DNA from: a virus
IMG/VR virus record: IMGVR_UViG_3300029982_000012
Length of the DNA: 64,000 bases
Reading direction: 5' to 3' (one strand)
Numbering within the stretch: position 1 is the first letter of the stretch; the number at the start of each line of letters is the position of its first letter. A program made the position numbers and the translations under genes. Of this stretch, positions 36,971 to 47,087 are shown in pieces. The notes under the pieces were generated by a model. The model did no database searches and was not told where the DNA came from. It was given only the letters and a program-made list of their open reading frames with translations.

Positions 36971-37950
36971 AAAAAATATTGAGATGCGGAGATCCGCACG
37001 TAAAACCCAATAATTTAGAAGAATCCACTAGACTTCTTCAATTCGTATTAGACCAAGCTTTAGAACATAAAGTTGATGTGGTAGAAATTCTTGGAGATCT
37101 TTTCGACACTCATGATATCGTAAGACTTCGAGTTTTAAAATTTTGGCAATATTGGTTTACAGAATTATCAAATCAATCTTTCGAAACACGCATACTGGTC
37201 GGAAACCATGATGTCACCGGAGAATATTCTGATCCATACAGCGCCCTTCACCCATTCCTATCATTGGAAAACGATAATTTTAAAATTATTCATGTACCTT
37301 ATTTAGATGGAATTTATGGCTATCTTCCCTATATCCACTCGAATGATAGGTTTATTGAAGAGGCAAATCTTCTTGCTGCTAATGGAGCAAGAGTTCTAGT
37401 AAGTCACCCTAATTATGAGGGTGCGGTTTACGACAACGGCACCCCTATTACTAGCGGTGTTGCCGATAGCGCATTAGATAGTCGGTATCTTCATCTAATT
37501 GGCGGCCATATTCATACAGAATTGGAAATTGGGCGTGTCTGGTATACAGGTAATCCGAGGTGGCTAACAAAGTCGTGCTCGAATAAGAAAAAAGGGATCT
37601 GGATATGCACTCATGATGACAGCGGCAAAATGACCGAAAAGCAGTTCATCTCAACAGAATCTGTCTGTACCCCGATCGTATCTGTGGTATGGAAAGAAGG
37701 CGAAGACAAACCTCAAATTCCAGAAAATGCCAAAGTTGATATCGAACTCATCGGCTCATCTGATTGGGTTACCAAAGAAAAACTTGCTCTAAAAGGTGTT
37801 AGTGTTTCTAGTAAAATTACCGATAGCAAAAGAAACAAAGAACGAAAAAGCGGTAGTAATTTACGAGATTTCATATTGAACCACTACAAGGCAGATGTTG
37901 AAAAAAGAACTAGAATCCTTAAATATTTAGGAGACTTAAACCTTGTCTGA
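36967..37950 (+). CDS. SbcD/Mre11/gp47-like nuclease
   Basis: GDPH, GDLFD, GNHD, SH, GHIH; SbcC-like gene nearby. Confidence 0.88.
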   Translation: MKKILRCGDPHVKPNNLEESTRLLQFVLDQALEHKVDVVEILGDLFDTHDIVRLRVLKFWQYWFTELSNQSFETRILVGNHDVTGEYSDPYSALHPFLSLENDNFKIIHVPYLDGIYGYLPYIHSNDRFIEEANLLAANGARVLVSHPNYEGAVYDNGTPITSGVADSALDSRYLHLIGGHIHTELEIGRVWYTGNPRWLTKSCSNKKKGIWICTHDDSGKMTEKQFISTESVCTPIVSVVWKEGEDKPQIPENAKVDIELIGSSDWVTKEKLALKGVSVSSKITDSKRNKERKSGSNLRDFILNHYKADVEKRTRILKYLGDLNLV

Positions 37951-38263
37951 ATCCGAACCTACTAGCCTAAAAGACTTACGGAACCTCATGATGTTTTTTG
38001 GTCGTGTACCAGAAACGCACGTCAAGAATTTGCAATCACAACCTTTCATTTATTTCGATGGAGTCAAAGAAGCAAATGTTGATTACGATTTAGACACAAA
38101 AGCCAAAAGTTGGTTTGTTAAGTACGATCTTACTTTAGATAAAGAACCTGATTTCTTAACAGAAAGAAGTAAAGGGCTAGAAAAGGCCATTAGACTACTT
38201 TTTTGGAAAGAAGTCGTATTGCATATTGCAATAAACAATAAAGAGGTATATAAAAGTGAGTGA
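37943..38263 (+). CDS. Hypothetical protein
   Basis: Coupled ORF. Confidence 0.6.
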   Translation: MSESEPTSLKDLRNLMMFFGRVPETHVKNLQSQPFIYFDGVKEANVDYDLDTKAKSWFVKYDLTLDKEPDFLTERSKGLEKAIRLLFWKEVVLHIAINNKEVYKSE

Positions 38264-38960
38264 TCCGAAAGATTTATCCGTAATTCCACATAGCGATTTT
38301 ACCATGAGGGATCTTGAGTTGGTTGAGCAATTCAAAGAAGGGGGTATGCTCGGACTCCATACCTTAACAGACGTAGACGTAGAGAGAATGATGTCTCTTT
38401 ATATGGACGGTAAAAGTTACAGGCAAATTGCTGCTTTACTTAAGAAAAACAAGACGATAGTTCTTTTTTTAGCTCATAAATTCAAATGGTTTGAACTTCG
38501 CGCAGAATATTTAGACGAATTGCATGCGACCCTAAAGGGTAAAATTGTAGAGGCCAAATTACAGGATCAAGAATTTTTATTGCATTTAAGTCTTGCATAT
38601 AAGAAAAAAATAGGTAAAAATATAGATCAGTACTTAAGAACTGACAATTCTGAGTTTTACGACCAGATCAATAGTAGAGATCTAGGGACACTGATGAAAG
38701 TTATGGAAATGCTTCACAAATTAAATAGCGAGAATTTAGGCGAAAGACAGCCCCTTGTTGGTCTCAGTGGTATGAGTGAAGGTGTTAATATTACCAAAAC
38801 AGGCCCTAATTCTGTCGAAATTACTCCAAAACAGACACCATTTGCATCAAAACTTAAACAATTTGCAGAATTAAAGCGCGAACAAGAAAAACAAGAAGCT
38901 GCAGAAAAAAGTGATGATATAAACAAAGAGTCCGATAAAATAAAAAAAAGCAGAAAGTGA
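38256..38960 (+). CDS. HTH protein, candidate terminase small subunit
   Basis: LYMDGKSYRQIAALL...KFKW..LR HTH followed by helical region; no small terminase is evident next to terL. Confidence 0.45.
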   Translation: MSDPKDLSVIPHSDFTMRDLELVEQFKEGGMLGLHTLTDVDVERMMSLYMDGKSYRQIAALLKKNKTIVLFLAHKFKWFELRAEYLDELHATLKGKIVEAKLQDQEFLLHLSLAYKKKIGKNIDQYLRTDNSEFYDQINSRDLGTLMKVMEMLHKLNSENLGERQPLVGLSGMSEGVNITKTGPNSVEITPKQTPFASKLKQFAELKREQEKQEAAEKSDDINKESDKIKKSRK

Positions 38961-39844
38961 ATAGTAAAATGAATAAAATTGTGATTACCATCCTATTAGG
39001 ACTAGGAGTTGTCCTTATCCCCCACAACTCTATTTCCCAGGGAAAGAGTTCTCCAGATTTAACCCCCACTGTTACCCTAACAAGTAAAAATTTGCTTGTA
39101 TTGAGTGGTGAAGTAGATGGAGAAACAACTTCTGCTGTAATTTCAAGGGCTAAAGAACTTTGTGAAGTTAGTCAGGTTCAAAAATTGTTCGGAAAAAGAC
39201 CAAAACTTAAACTTTTTATCAATTCCCCAGGCGGAGGCATTCAACCTGGATTAGAAATGATTGAAGCTCTTAGGGGTACCGGTTGTCAAATCGATACAAT
39301 CACTACCTTTGCCGCAAGTATGGCTTTTCAAATTGTACAAAATCTGGATGACCGTTTAGTTCTTAAAAATGGCGTTATGATGAGTCACCACGCAGCCGGA
39401 GGCTTTGAAGGCTCTTTTGGTGGAGCTAAACCTTCACAACTAGATAGCCGGTATCAATTTTGGTTGGATCGTATTCGTGAACTTGATGAACAAACAGTAT
39501 CTCGTACCAAAGGAAAACAAACCTATGAAAGTTACCTTAAAGAATATGACCACGAGATGTGGTTAACTGGTACTAAATCGGTACAAGAAGGCTATAGTGA
39601 TGAAGTAGTACTGGTTAAATGCGATTCCAGTATTCAAGGTACTTCTAAGCATAGTTTGGATTTTATGGGAATTGCAATTTCTTATGAATTAGATAATTGC
39701 CCTCTAAATACTGCACCTATGAATATTAGTATGCTTCTTCCTCAAGGCAAGGAATTACCAACAGAAATTAAGAATGAGATTAAATCTAAGTTCTTAAATC
39801 AATTCTATAATTCTCAAAAACAAGAAATCCCAATGTACTGGTAA
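38957..39844 (+). CDS. ClpP-family serine protease with N-terminal signal/TM segment
   Basis: LFINSPGG, AASMA, MMSHH; N-terminus KIVITILLGLGVVLIP. Confidence 0.8.
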   Translation: MNSKMNKIVITILLGLGVVLIPHNSISQGKSSPDLTPTVTLTSKNLLVLSGEVDGETTSAVISRAKELCEVSQVQKLFGKRPKLKLFINSPGGGIQPGLEMIEALRGTGCQIDTITTFAASMAFQIVQNLDDRLVLKNGVMMSHHAAGGFEGSFGGAKPSQLDSRYQFWLDRIRELDEQTVSRTKGKQTYESYLKEYDHEMWLTGTKSVQEGYSDEVVLVKCDSSIQGTSKHSLDFMGIAISYELDNCPLNTAPMNISMLLPQGKELPTEIKNEIKSKFLNQFYNSQKQEIPMYW

Positions 39845-39847
39845 TCA

Positions 39848-40096
39848 ATGCCACTCATTAGCTATTCATGTACTTGCGGAATTAATTTCAAGAAGTACAA
39901 AAAAAATGCAACGGATGCACCACTTTCTCTCCCCTGCGAGTGTGGCCTAGAAGCTAAGAAGGCTTTTGGGCTCACTTCTTCTTCCCATAAAATTGTTATT
40001 GATAATGGCCTTATGTCTCGTAGACTTGAAATTGATCCAGAAATTATGGAGGTCAATGATGAACGATCAAAAAGAGATTACTCTGAAGAGGATTAA
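39848..40096 (+). CDS. FmdB-like zinc-ribbon protein
   Basis: MPLISYSCTCG..F...PCECG. Confidence 0.7.
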   Translation: MPLISYSCTCGINFKKYKKNATDAPLSLPCECGLEAKKAFGLTSSSHKIVIDNGLMSRRLEIDPEIMEVNDERSKRDYSEED

Positions 40097-40097
40097 T

Positions 40098-40256
40098 ATG
40101 AGCAACCTAACCGAAGAAGAAATCGAAGAATTGGCCATTAAATCTTTTCAGAATATGGGTACCCCAGAAAAATTCCTGTGCGGTGAATGTGGTTGTTGGT
40201 ATAACAATCCAGAATTTTTTGAGCATCCTTGCGTAAAAGAACTTGAAAATAAATAA
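40098..40256 (+). CDS. Small Zn-finger-like protein
   Basis: GAGG SD; FLCGECG...F.EHPC. Confidence 0.55.
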   Translation: MSNLTEEEIEELAIKSFQNMGTPEKFLCGECGCWYNNPEFFEHPCVKELENK

Positions 40257-40277
40257 ATAGTATTATATTATTACAAA

Positions 40278-42617
40278 GTGCTTATACCAAAAAAACTAAA
40301 ATTTAAAGCTGTAGGTAGATTCGTAGAAGAACAAGTTCTGGACTTTACCGCTCTCGGTTCCTTCATTCAAGTTGACGCCAAGAACAATAACACTGGTGGA
40401 TCTTCTGGAAGTGGCAAGACTACTCTATTTAGAGTATTAGAGTATAACCTGGGCCTGAATGACCTGTCCACATCTCTCCTACAATCTAGGCTAACAAAAG
40501 ACTCCATTTCTACTACTGGCGAATACGATTGGGATGGCACTCCAGTCATAATTGAACGGAACAAATCGAAGTTATCGATTACAGTAGGCGATCAGGTAAC
40601 TACCGGTAGCTCTAAAATTACTGAAGAAAAGTTAGATGAAATTCTAGGTATGCCTAGAGATCTATTTAGAAAGATTCTCCATAAAAGACAGGGCGAGGGA
40701 GGATTTTTCTTGGACATGGGACCATCCGATGTCCACAAGTTTCTAACGAGTTGCTTGAAATTAGAAGATGAGCAAAAGAAAATCCTGAAACTGGACGATA
40801 TCCTCAAAAACCTATCTAGTAAAGAGATTTCTCTTAAATCAGAAGTCGAATCTAATAGAATGGGGCTTGAGGCATCAAGAAATGCCCTAAATAGCCTTGG
40901 AGAGACCCCTAAACCGTCTTTTAATGCAGATTACATCGAGTTGCTAAAGATTGAACACCTCAACGCTACTGACCGATATGATATCGCGGCGAGTGCTTAT
41001 CACAACGAAAAAATGGAACTGGAACGGTCTAGACCCATAACATCAGTGTCTCCTTTTGACAGAAGTTCAATAGAAAAGGCCGAAGTCGAGATCAAGGAAA
41101 TTCAAAAAAAGACGAGTGCCTTAGAATCTGCCGAACTTTCAAGACAATCTGAAGTCAAAAGTCAGATCGAACAGATTTCAAAGAAAATAGGTGATCTAGA
41201 GTTTTCGGAATCTTCAAGACAGTCTGAAGTTAGGAACAAAATAACTTCTTCACAATTGGAAATCTCCAATTTACAGAAAATTGAGCAAAATAGACAAGCG
41301 GAAATCAATGCTAAGATTTCTACCAATAGACTCGAATACAATAAAGCCTCAAATTTGGTTCAAAAAGGCGACCAGGCTAAAGAAGAGGCCAAGAAGTTGG
41401 CTGTGGAATTAAATAAGATTAGGGCCTCAATTTGCCCCACCTGTGAACAGGGATGGATTACAGAGTCCGTTAAGACCAAAGAAGCAGAGATCCTTAATAA
41501 ATTAGGAGAGCACAGGGCAACAGTCCTTGCTGGCGCTGAAGCCCAAAAGACCAAAGCAAGTCTGAATGAACAACACGCAGTTCTTCTTTTGGAAGTTGGT
41601 CCGCGTACAGTACCAGAAATCAATGATCTGACAAATAAGATCGCTCAATTAAGATTAGACTCAACTCCTAAAGAAATCCCAGAAGTTTCTGGTCTCAAAG
41701 CACAAATCGTTCAATTGAGATTGGACGGTACCCCTAAAGTTATTCCAGAAGTATTGGAACTTAAAGGACAATCTGAACTTAAAGAAAAAGAACTTCAAGC
41801 GTTTCGCCAACAAGAGCGAGATCATCAATCTAAAGAAAACACTAAAAATCAAGAAATACTTGCTGAATTTGCAAGAAAACAAACTCAACTGGTGGAAAAA
41901 CATGAACCAAACATCAAGGCGTTTTTAGAACAAAAGAATAAGGCTCTTTCAGACCGTGAGATGGCCGAACTTAAAATTAGATCGTTTGAAGCAGAACTTA
42001 AAAGATATTTAGATTCTTCAGTCAAACTCAATACCCAATTCGTCGATTACGCGCATATCGTGACTCAAAAATCAACTGATTTAGTTTCTATCCAAGAAGA
42101 AATCGAGATCGTAGAAGAATCCAAGAAAGCTATAAAAAGCCACTTATCCTGTTCATTCGATGATGCCCTAGAGTCTATTGGCGATAAGGCCACAAGGCTT
42201 ATTAGGCTAATCCCTAATATGTCCAATGCCACTATACAGTTTGAGGGCACCAAGGAGACCAAGGAAGGCAAGGTTAAGGAAGAAGTCGTCTGTATGGTTA
42301 GTATGGACGGTGAAATTGGAGTGCCTCTTAAATCGCTTTCTGGGGGCGAAAGATCTAGTTGTGACATGTGCGTAGATTTAAGTATCATTAAATTCATTGA
42401 AGAGACTACCGGTAAGGGTATTGGGATGTATATTATCGATGAGGGTTTCAATGGGCTAGATACCACCTGCATCCAGGATGCATTAGAGATGCTTAGAGAA
42501 TATAGTGTTGACAAAAAACTATTTTTAGTAGAACATAATCCTATAGTGTCTGAATCCATTGAAAATAGAATTTTAGTGGTGAGAGATGGTTTGACTAGTA
42601 AGATTATTCAGCAATAA
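40278..42617 (+). CDS. SbcC/Rad50/gp46-like SMC ATPase
   Basis: GSGKTT, CPTC zinc hook, LSGGE, IIDE, VEH. Confidence 0.93.
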   Translation: MLIPKKLKFKAVGRFVEEQVLDFTALGSFIQVDAKNNNTGGSSGSGKTTLFRVLEYNLGLNDLSTSLLQSRLTKDSISTTGEYDWDGTPVIIERNKSKLSITVGDQVTTGSSKITEEKLDEILGMPRDLFRKILHKRQGEGGFFLDMGPSDVHKFLTSCLKLEDEQKKILKLDDILKNLSSKEISLKSEVESNRMGLEASRNALNSLGETPKPSFNADYIELLKIEHLNATDRYDIAASAYHNEKMELERSRPITSVSPFDRSSIEKAEVEIKEIQKKTSALESAELSRQSEVKSQIEQISKKIGDLEFSESSRQSEVRNKITSSQLEISNLQKIEQNRQAEINAKISTNRLEYNKASNLVQKGDQAKEEAKKLAVELNKIRASICPTCEQGWITESVKTKEAEILNKLGEHRATVLAGAEAQKTKASLNEQHAVLLLEVGPRTVPEINDLTNKIAQLRLDSTPKEIPEVSGLKAQIVQLRLDGTPKVIPEVLELKGQSELKEKELQAFRQQERDHQSKENTKNQEILAEFARKQTQLVEKHEPNIKAFLEQKNKALSDREMAELKIRSFEAELKRYLDSSVKLNTQFVDYAHIVTQKSTDLVSIQEEIEIVEESKKAIKSHLSCSFDDALESIGDKATRLIRLIPNMSNATIQFEGTKETKEGKVKEEVVCMVSMDGEIGVPLKSLSGGERSSCDMCVDLSIIKFIEETTGKGIGMYIIDEGFNGLDTTCIQDALEMLREYSVDKKLFLVEHNPIVSESIENRILVVRDGLTSKIIQQ

Positions 42618-42629
42618 TATGGGGTTACG

Positions 42630-43010
42630 GTGATACTACTTGAATTGACAGAAGAAGAACTAAATATTATTAAGAAAGCGATTATTACAGAGCATAAATT
42701 AGATGAACAGTTACTGTTTAACGAAAAACAGAAAAAAGAGCGTCTCTGCCTATCTACATTAACTAAAATCGAACTTACAACGCTCGCGCAAAAAGACACA
42801 CTGATTAAATACGATGACTTTGAAAATATGGTTAGCATAGCAAAACAAAACTACGTAAGGTTAGGGACAGAGGTCTTTCTTTCGAATAAGAAAGTGGAAG
42901 AGAATTATTTTGTCTATCTGTGTTTTTTAGAAGCTTTTACTTCTTGGTTAAACGAAAAGAATTTGCTTAAACGATTAGCCCGTTTTGATTTTACTGATAA
43001 AAGATGGTGA
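42630..43010 (+). CDS. Hypothetical protein
   Basis: ORF in the plus-strand run. Confidence 0.6.
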   Translation: MILLELTEEELNIIKKAIITEHKLDEQLLFNEKQKKERLCLSTLTKIELTTLAQKDTLIKYDDFENMVSIAKQNYVRLGTEVFLSNKKVEENYFVYLCFLEAFTSWLNEKNLLKRLARFDFTDKRW

Positions 43011-43013
43011 TTT

Positions 43014-43358
43014 ATGAAATGTAAATGTGGAGAACAGGGAGAACTTAAAGTCTTTAATACTTTTCAGTATTATTTTTGCAATAAATGCAAAAAGGAGATA
43101 GAAGAGTGTAAAATTGAAGAAAATCCCAACAATGCTAGCGTTGATGATTTCTATCTTGATTTGGCAGAACAAAATATTAAAAGCGCCTTAAAGAACATAA
43201 ATGATTATTTTCAGCGTGATCAGGGCCAAAAAATAACCATTACTATTCCAACAAGTACCAAACTTCATTATAAAATTTATAGAAATACACAGGGTATTTA
43301 TAGAGAGTTACATGTCAAAAGTGACAGTAAAAACTGGGAAATAATCGAAAGGAAATAA
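43014..43358 (+). CDS. Hypothetical protein with N-terminal Zn ribbon
   Basis: CKCG...YYFCNKCK. Confidence 0.6.
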   Translation: MKCKCGEQGELKVFNTFQYYFCNKCKKEIEECKIEENPNNASVDDFYLDLAEQNIKSALKNINDYFQRDQGQKITITIPTSTKLHYKIYRNTQGIYRELHVKSDSKNWEIIERK

Positions 43359-43359
43359 T

Positions 43360-43662
43360 ATGGGTCGTCCAAAAAAACAACCGTTATCAGAAATGCAGAA
43401 AATGGCTAAGAAAATTGGTACAGATGGAGAGGATGTTCTCCGAGAACTAGAAGGTATGTCTGTACCTGAAATCAATAAACGTATTGCGCAAGCAAATCAG
43501 GCTATCTCAGAAACCAAAGAGGAGTTGGAAGCTAACGATAAATATACGGCAGCAAAGAATGATGTTAAACTCCTCAGTTCTGGATTCCGTGAAGTAAAGG
43601 CTCGCCAGAACGCAATTATCGGTGTTGCAGTGAAACTTCGCCAAGAAAAAGGCGAGTCTTAA
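43360..43662 (+). CDS. Hypothetical coiled-coil protein
   Basis: AAGGA SD; MGRPKK start. Confidence 0.7.
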   Translation: MGRPKKQPLSEMQKMAKKIGTDGEDVLRELEGMSVPEINKRIAQANQAISETKEELEANDKYTAAKNDVKLLSSGFREVKARQNAIIGVAVKLRQEKGES

Positions 43663-43671
43663 TTGGCTAAG

Positions 43672-43803
43672 ATGAAAGAATGGACTAAGATCAGGCTCAT
43701 GTATGTTCTTAGTCCAGTAATTTTTGTTGGAATTATAGCCTATGGAGCTATTCTCGACATTAGCGACCAAATTTCGACTAAATTGCGTAGGTTTAAGAAA
43801 TAG
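43672..43803 (+). CDS. 43-aa single-TM protein (below cutoff)
   Basis: MKEWTKIRLMYVLSPVIFVGIIAYGAILDISDQISTKLRRFKK* fills the intergenic gap. Confidence 0.5.
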   Translation: MKEWTKIRLMYVLSPVIFVGIIAYGAILDISDQISTKLRRFKK

Positions 43804-43806
43804 GAT

Positions 43807-44472
43807 ATGGATACCAAACGAATACTTAGTATTGATCTCAGCACAAAAACAGGTTGGGCTTCAGTAATAAGTTCGGATGTGGGTATTGAATTGGAAGGTT
43901 ACGGTATGATTCCCCAAATTCCACAACCGAATGGTCCTTATCCATCATGTTTTATTGATTGGGCCTATTTGGTATTTAATGGTATAGAAGGACTTATAGA
44001 GAAATTTAGACCTGATATGCTTGCCATAGAAGAAACTGTGGCGGGATCAAAAGCAGTATATAGCCAAAAGATTTTAGAATATTCTCATTTTTTACTTGCT
44101 AAATACATAAAAGAGAATAATATAGAATCTATATACTTACTAACGGGCGCTTGGAGAAGTGAAGTTGGCTGCAAAATGACCAAAGAAGAATCTAAACATA
44201 ATAAGGAAGTTAGGGCCTATAAGACTAAACATGGCACCAAGTTAGCTCGTGATATAAACGGTAAGATTGTTGGTAAGTTAACCAAGAAGCATATCAATAT
44301 TAGGAGAGCAAATGAAGTGTTCGGTTCTTTTTTGAGAGAGCCTCTTAGAAAAAAGAATGAAGATGAAGCCGACGCACTTTTACTAGCGTTCGCACTACAT
44401 CTTAGAAGACTTAATAAAAATAAGTCTGAAGAAGTGACCATAGAAGAACTTTTAGAGAAAGATAAGTTATGA
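43807..44472 (+). CDS. RuvC-like Holliday junction resolvase
   Basis: ILSIDLSTKTGWA, LAIEE, W(R), DEADALLLA. Confidence 0.82.
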   Translation: MDTKRILSIDLSTKTGWASVISSDVGIELEGYGMIPQIPQPNGPYPSCFIDWAYLVFNGIEGLIEKFRPDMLAIEETVAGSKAVYSQKILEYSHFLLAKYIKENNIESIYLLTGAWRSEVGCKMTKEESKHNKEVRAYKTKHGTKLARDINGKIVGKLTKKHINIRRANEVFGSFLREPLRKKNEDEADALLLAFALHLRRLNKNKSEEVTIEELLEKDKL

Positions 44473-45341
44473 GTGGATTTTGGGAAAAAACGATTAATAC
44501 GGAATCAAATATAAGAGCCTACGAATCTATCGCGCCAGAACCTTTGGTGTTAGACGAAGAAGCTGTATCTGAAATTCAAGAAGAACACTTTGACGTATAT
44601 GAGGAAGAGGAAGATGACATTTCTGTAGTCATGGCAGATGCAAATCTTCGCCTTGAGATGGGTCGTCTATATCAAATGATTCTTGAAAATGATATTTTTG
44701 CCCAAACGAACGCTGATCCTCGTGCGATTAAAAACGTACAAAGAGAGATTCGTCGTCTGGTTAGAGAGAAACTGGAAATCATGCTAGGTATTCGCCAAGA
44801 TCAACCTACGCAACAACAAACCATTGTTTCGTCGCCATTTAACGATATGGAAGTTAGCGCCTTAAAAATGCTTGCTTCTAAGATCACAAAGGGAGCCACT
44901 GAAGAAGTTGAATATAGTCGAAATACCCCAGTACCAGTTCCACAACCTAAAAAGAACGGTATTACCGCAATTAGCGGTGAACTTAGACCACAGACTACTC
45001 CTGTACTAAAAGCACCTGAGCGACGCCCAGTAACCAAAAGTTCTTCGCAAACTCCTGCTAAAAGACCAGAGCCTAAAAAAGGTGAACCAATTATTAAGTC
45101 CGCAATATCAAATCCAGAAGGAGATTCGCTATTAAAAAAACCAATTAACGAAATGACCCCGGAAGAATTAGTGGAATATGATAAACAAGCGCTTGAGAGA
45201 CGGTCAAAAAACAAAGCCGCCTTACCTTCAAATCTTGTTCCTCATCCTTCACCCCAAGAATTAGAACTTAGATATATGGCCCATGCTGACCAATTTAGTG
45301 CGGTAGCAAACACCATAAATTTAATTTCTGGTAATAAATAA
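44469..45341 (+). CDS. Hypothetical protein
   Basis: Long coupled ORF with acidic N-terminus and Pro/Lys-rich linker. Confidence 0.7.
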   Translation: MSGFWEKTINTESNIRAYESIAPEPLVLDEEAVSEIQEEHFDVYEEEEDDISVVMADANLRLEMGRLYQMILENDIFAQTNADPRAIKNVQREIRRLVREKLEIMLGIRQDQPTQQQTIVSSPFNDMEVSALKMLASKITKGATEEVEYSRNTPVPVPQPKKNGITAISGELRPQTTPVLKAPERRPVTKSSSQTPAKRPEPKKGEPIIKSAISNPEGDSLLKKPINEMTPEELVEYDKQALERRSKNKAALPSNLVPHPSPQELELRYMAHADQFSAVANTINLISGNK

Positions 45342-45372
45342 GTAGATAAATAAAAACAAGGAGAAAAATAAA

Positions 45373-46152
45373 ATGTCAGATAACAAAGATACACGAACTG
45401 CTGGTCAAAAAATTGAAGATCTTGAACGAGTGGTGTCAATGCTATATCAATCCGTAGGATCTCTAGATGGGGCCGTTAAATCCCTATTAGGAACCCAAAG
45501 GGATATGGTTTTGGTACGGGATGCTTTACGCCTACTAAACAAAAAAACCGAAGCAATTATTCAGACAGCAAAAGAAGAGTCTGGAATTTCTGCCTCTAAT
45601 GTATCGGCCCTAGTAATTCAAATGAATGTTGAGGATTTAAAAACTCAAGTCCAAGAATATATCAGCCGAGGAAATTTAACTCCAGCAGATGAAGTGTCTG
45701 CCACAAGTTACTTGGTTTGCGAAGAGCAAAATCTAGATGGAACAATTGCGAATCCACGAATTCAATTCCGTTTAGATTCTCAAGATGCGGATACCCAAGC
45801 TACCTTGACTGGTAAGAAAGTTGGAGATACAGTTTCTTTTGGTGAAGGAAAGTATAGCGCTAAGATTCTTGAAATCTACACTTTGGTAGACAATCCAGGT
45901 GCTGCTCAAAATGCTCCCGCTCCCGCTGCAGAGACTCAGGCCCCTACAGATCAAGCAAGTAGCGATACTTCTGCCCAATCAGCAGCGCCAGCCGATGAGA
46001 CTCCTGCTCCAACCCAAACTCCTCAAGCAGCAACACCTGCAGCCCCAGCACAAAACAGTCTTCCACAAGAAACTCCGGTAGCTTTTGGATTAAGTTTTCA
46101 TGGACAACCCGAAGCCGAACTATCTGCTCCGAGCACTCCAGGTCAGAATTAA
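45373..46152 (+). CDS. Coiled-coil protein with GreA/GreB C-terminal-like motif and Ala/Pro-rich tail
   Basis: ATLTGKKVGDTVSF.EG.YSAKILEIY. Confidence 0.5.
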   Translation: MSDNKDTRTAGQKIEDLERVVSMLYQSVGSLDGAVKSLLGTQRDMVLVRDALRLLNKKTEAIIQTAKEESGISASNVSALVIQMNVEDLKTQVQEYISRGNLTPADEVSATSYLVCEEQNLDGTIANPRIQFRLDSQDADTQATLTGKKVGDTVSFGEGKYSAKILEIYTLVDNPGAAQNAPAPAAETQAPTDQASSDTSAQSAAPADETPAPTQTPQAATPAAPAQNSLPQETPVAFGLSFHGQPEAELSAPSTPGQN

Positions 46153-46173
46153 TCTGACTCCTACAACACAAAT

Positions 46174-46208
46174 AATAAGGGTAAAACATGGACGGTTTTA
46201 CCCTTATT
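46174..46208. terminator. 14-bp perfect hairpin, probable terminator or processing site
   Basis: AATAAGGGTAAAAC-ATGGACG-GTTTTACCCTTATT. Confidence 0.6.
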
Positions 46209-46223
46209 TAAGAAGGCTAAATC

Positions 46224-47048
46224 ATGAAAAAAGACGGACCAAAAATTTTAATATTTGATATTGAGACCGCGCCAATGTTGGCCTATGTTTGGAGTATTTG
46301 GGATCAAAATGTTGGTCTGAATCAAATTAAACAGGATTGGCATCTTCTTAGTTGGTCAGCAAAATGGCTGCAGTCCGAAGACCGAAAACGACTTTATGGT
46401 CCCCATTCCAAAATAATGTACATGGACCAATCTAAAGAAAAAGTTCTAACTAACGATAAGAAAATATTAGAGGGCATTTGGAAACTTCTTGATGAAGCAG
46501 ATATTGTCATTACCCAAAATGGGGTTAAATTTGACAGTAAAAAATTAAATGCACGGTTCGTTCTTAATGGAATGCAACCTCCAAGTTCTTATAAACATAT
46601 AGACACTTTTCAAATAGCTAAGAGATATTTTGGTTTTACTAGTAACAAACTAGAATATATGTCGGATAAACTTTGCGTTAAATACAAAAAACAAACAAAA
46701 CGTAAATATTCAGGCTTTGAACTATGGAAAGAATGCTTATCTGGGAACAAAGATGCCTGGAGAGAAATGCAAAAATACAATAAATACGATGTCTTATCCT
46801 TGGAAGAACTGTATCATAAGTTAATTCCATGGGATAATTCAATTAATTTCGATATTTACAGAGAAGACCATGAAATTACCTGTAAGTGTGGTAGCAAAGA
46901 ATTCCAAAGAAATGGGTACTTTTATACTGCAACTGCCAAATACCAACGATTTAAGTGCTCTAAGTGCGGGTCTGAAACCAGAAGTCGTAAGAATTTGCTT
47001 TCAAAAGAAAAAAACGAAACTATTAGAGCTAAAACTATTAGAACTTAA
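46224..47048 (+). CDS. RNase H-fold 3'-5' exonuclease with C-terminal Zn ribbon
   Basis: IFDIET, QNGVKFD, HIDT, YNKYDV; CKCG...CSKC. Confidence 0.85.
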   Translation: MKKDGPKILIFDIETAPMLAYVWSIWDQNVGLNQIKQDWHLLSWSAKWLQSEDRKRLYGPHSKIMYMDQSKEKVLTNDKKILEGIWKLLDEADIVITQNGVKFDSKKLNARFVLNGMQPPSSYKHIDTFQIAKRYFGFTSNKLEYMSDKLCVKYKKQTKRKYSGFELWKECLSGNKDAWREMQKYNKYDVLSLEELYHKLIPWDNSINFDIYREDHEITCKCGSKEFQRNGYFYTATAKYQRFKCSKCGSETRSRKNLLSKEKNETIRAKTIRT

Positions 47049-47087
47049 CTTTTCATGATATAATCTGTCTAAGGATAGGACGATTTC

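Noticed and set aside
38957-39844. ClpP-like protein as head maturation protease
   Set aside because: It has a signal-like N-terminus, lies outside the head module, and 18400..20037 already fits that role.
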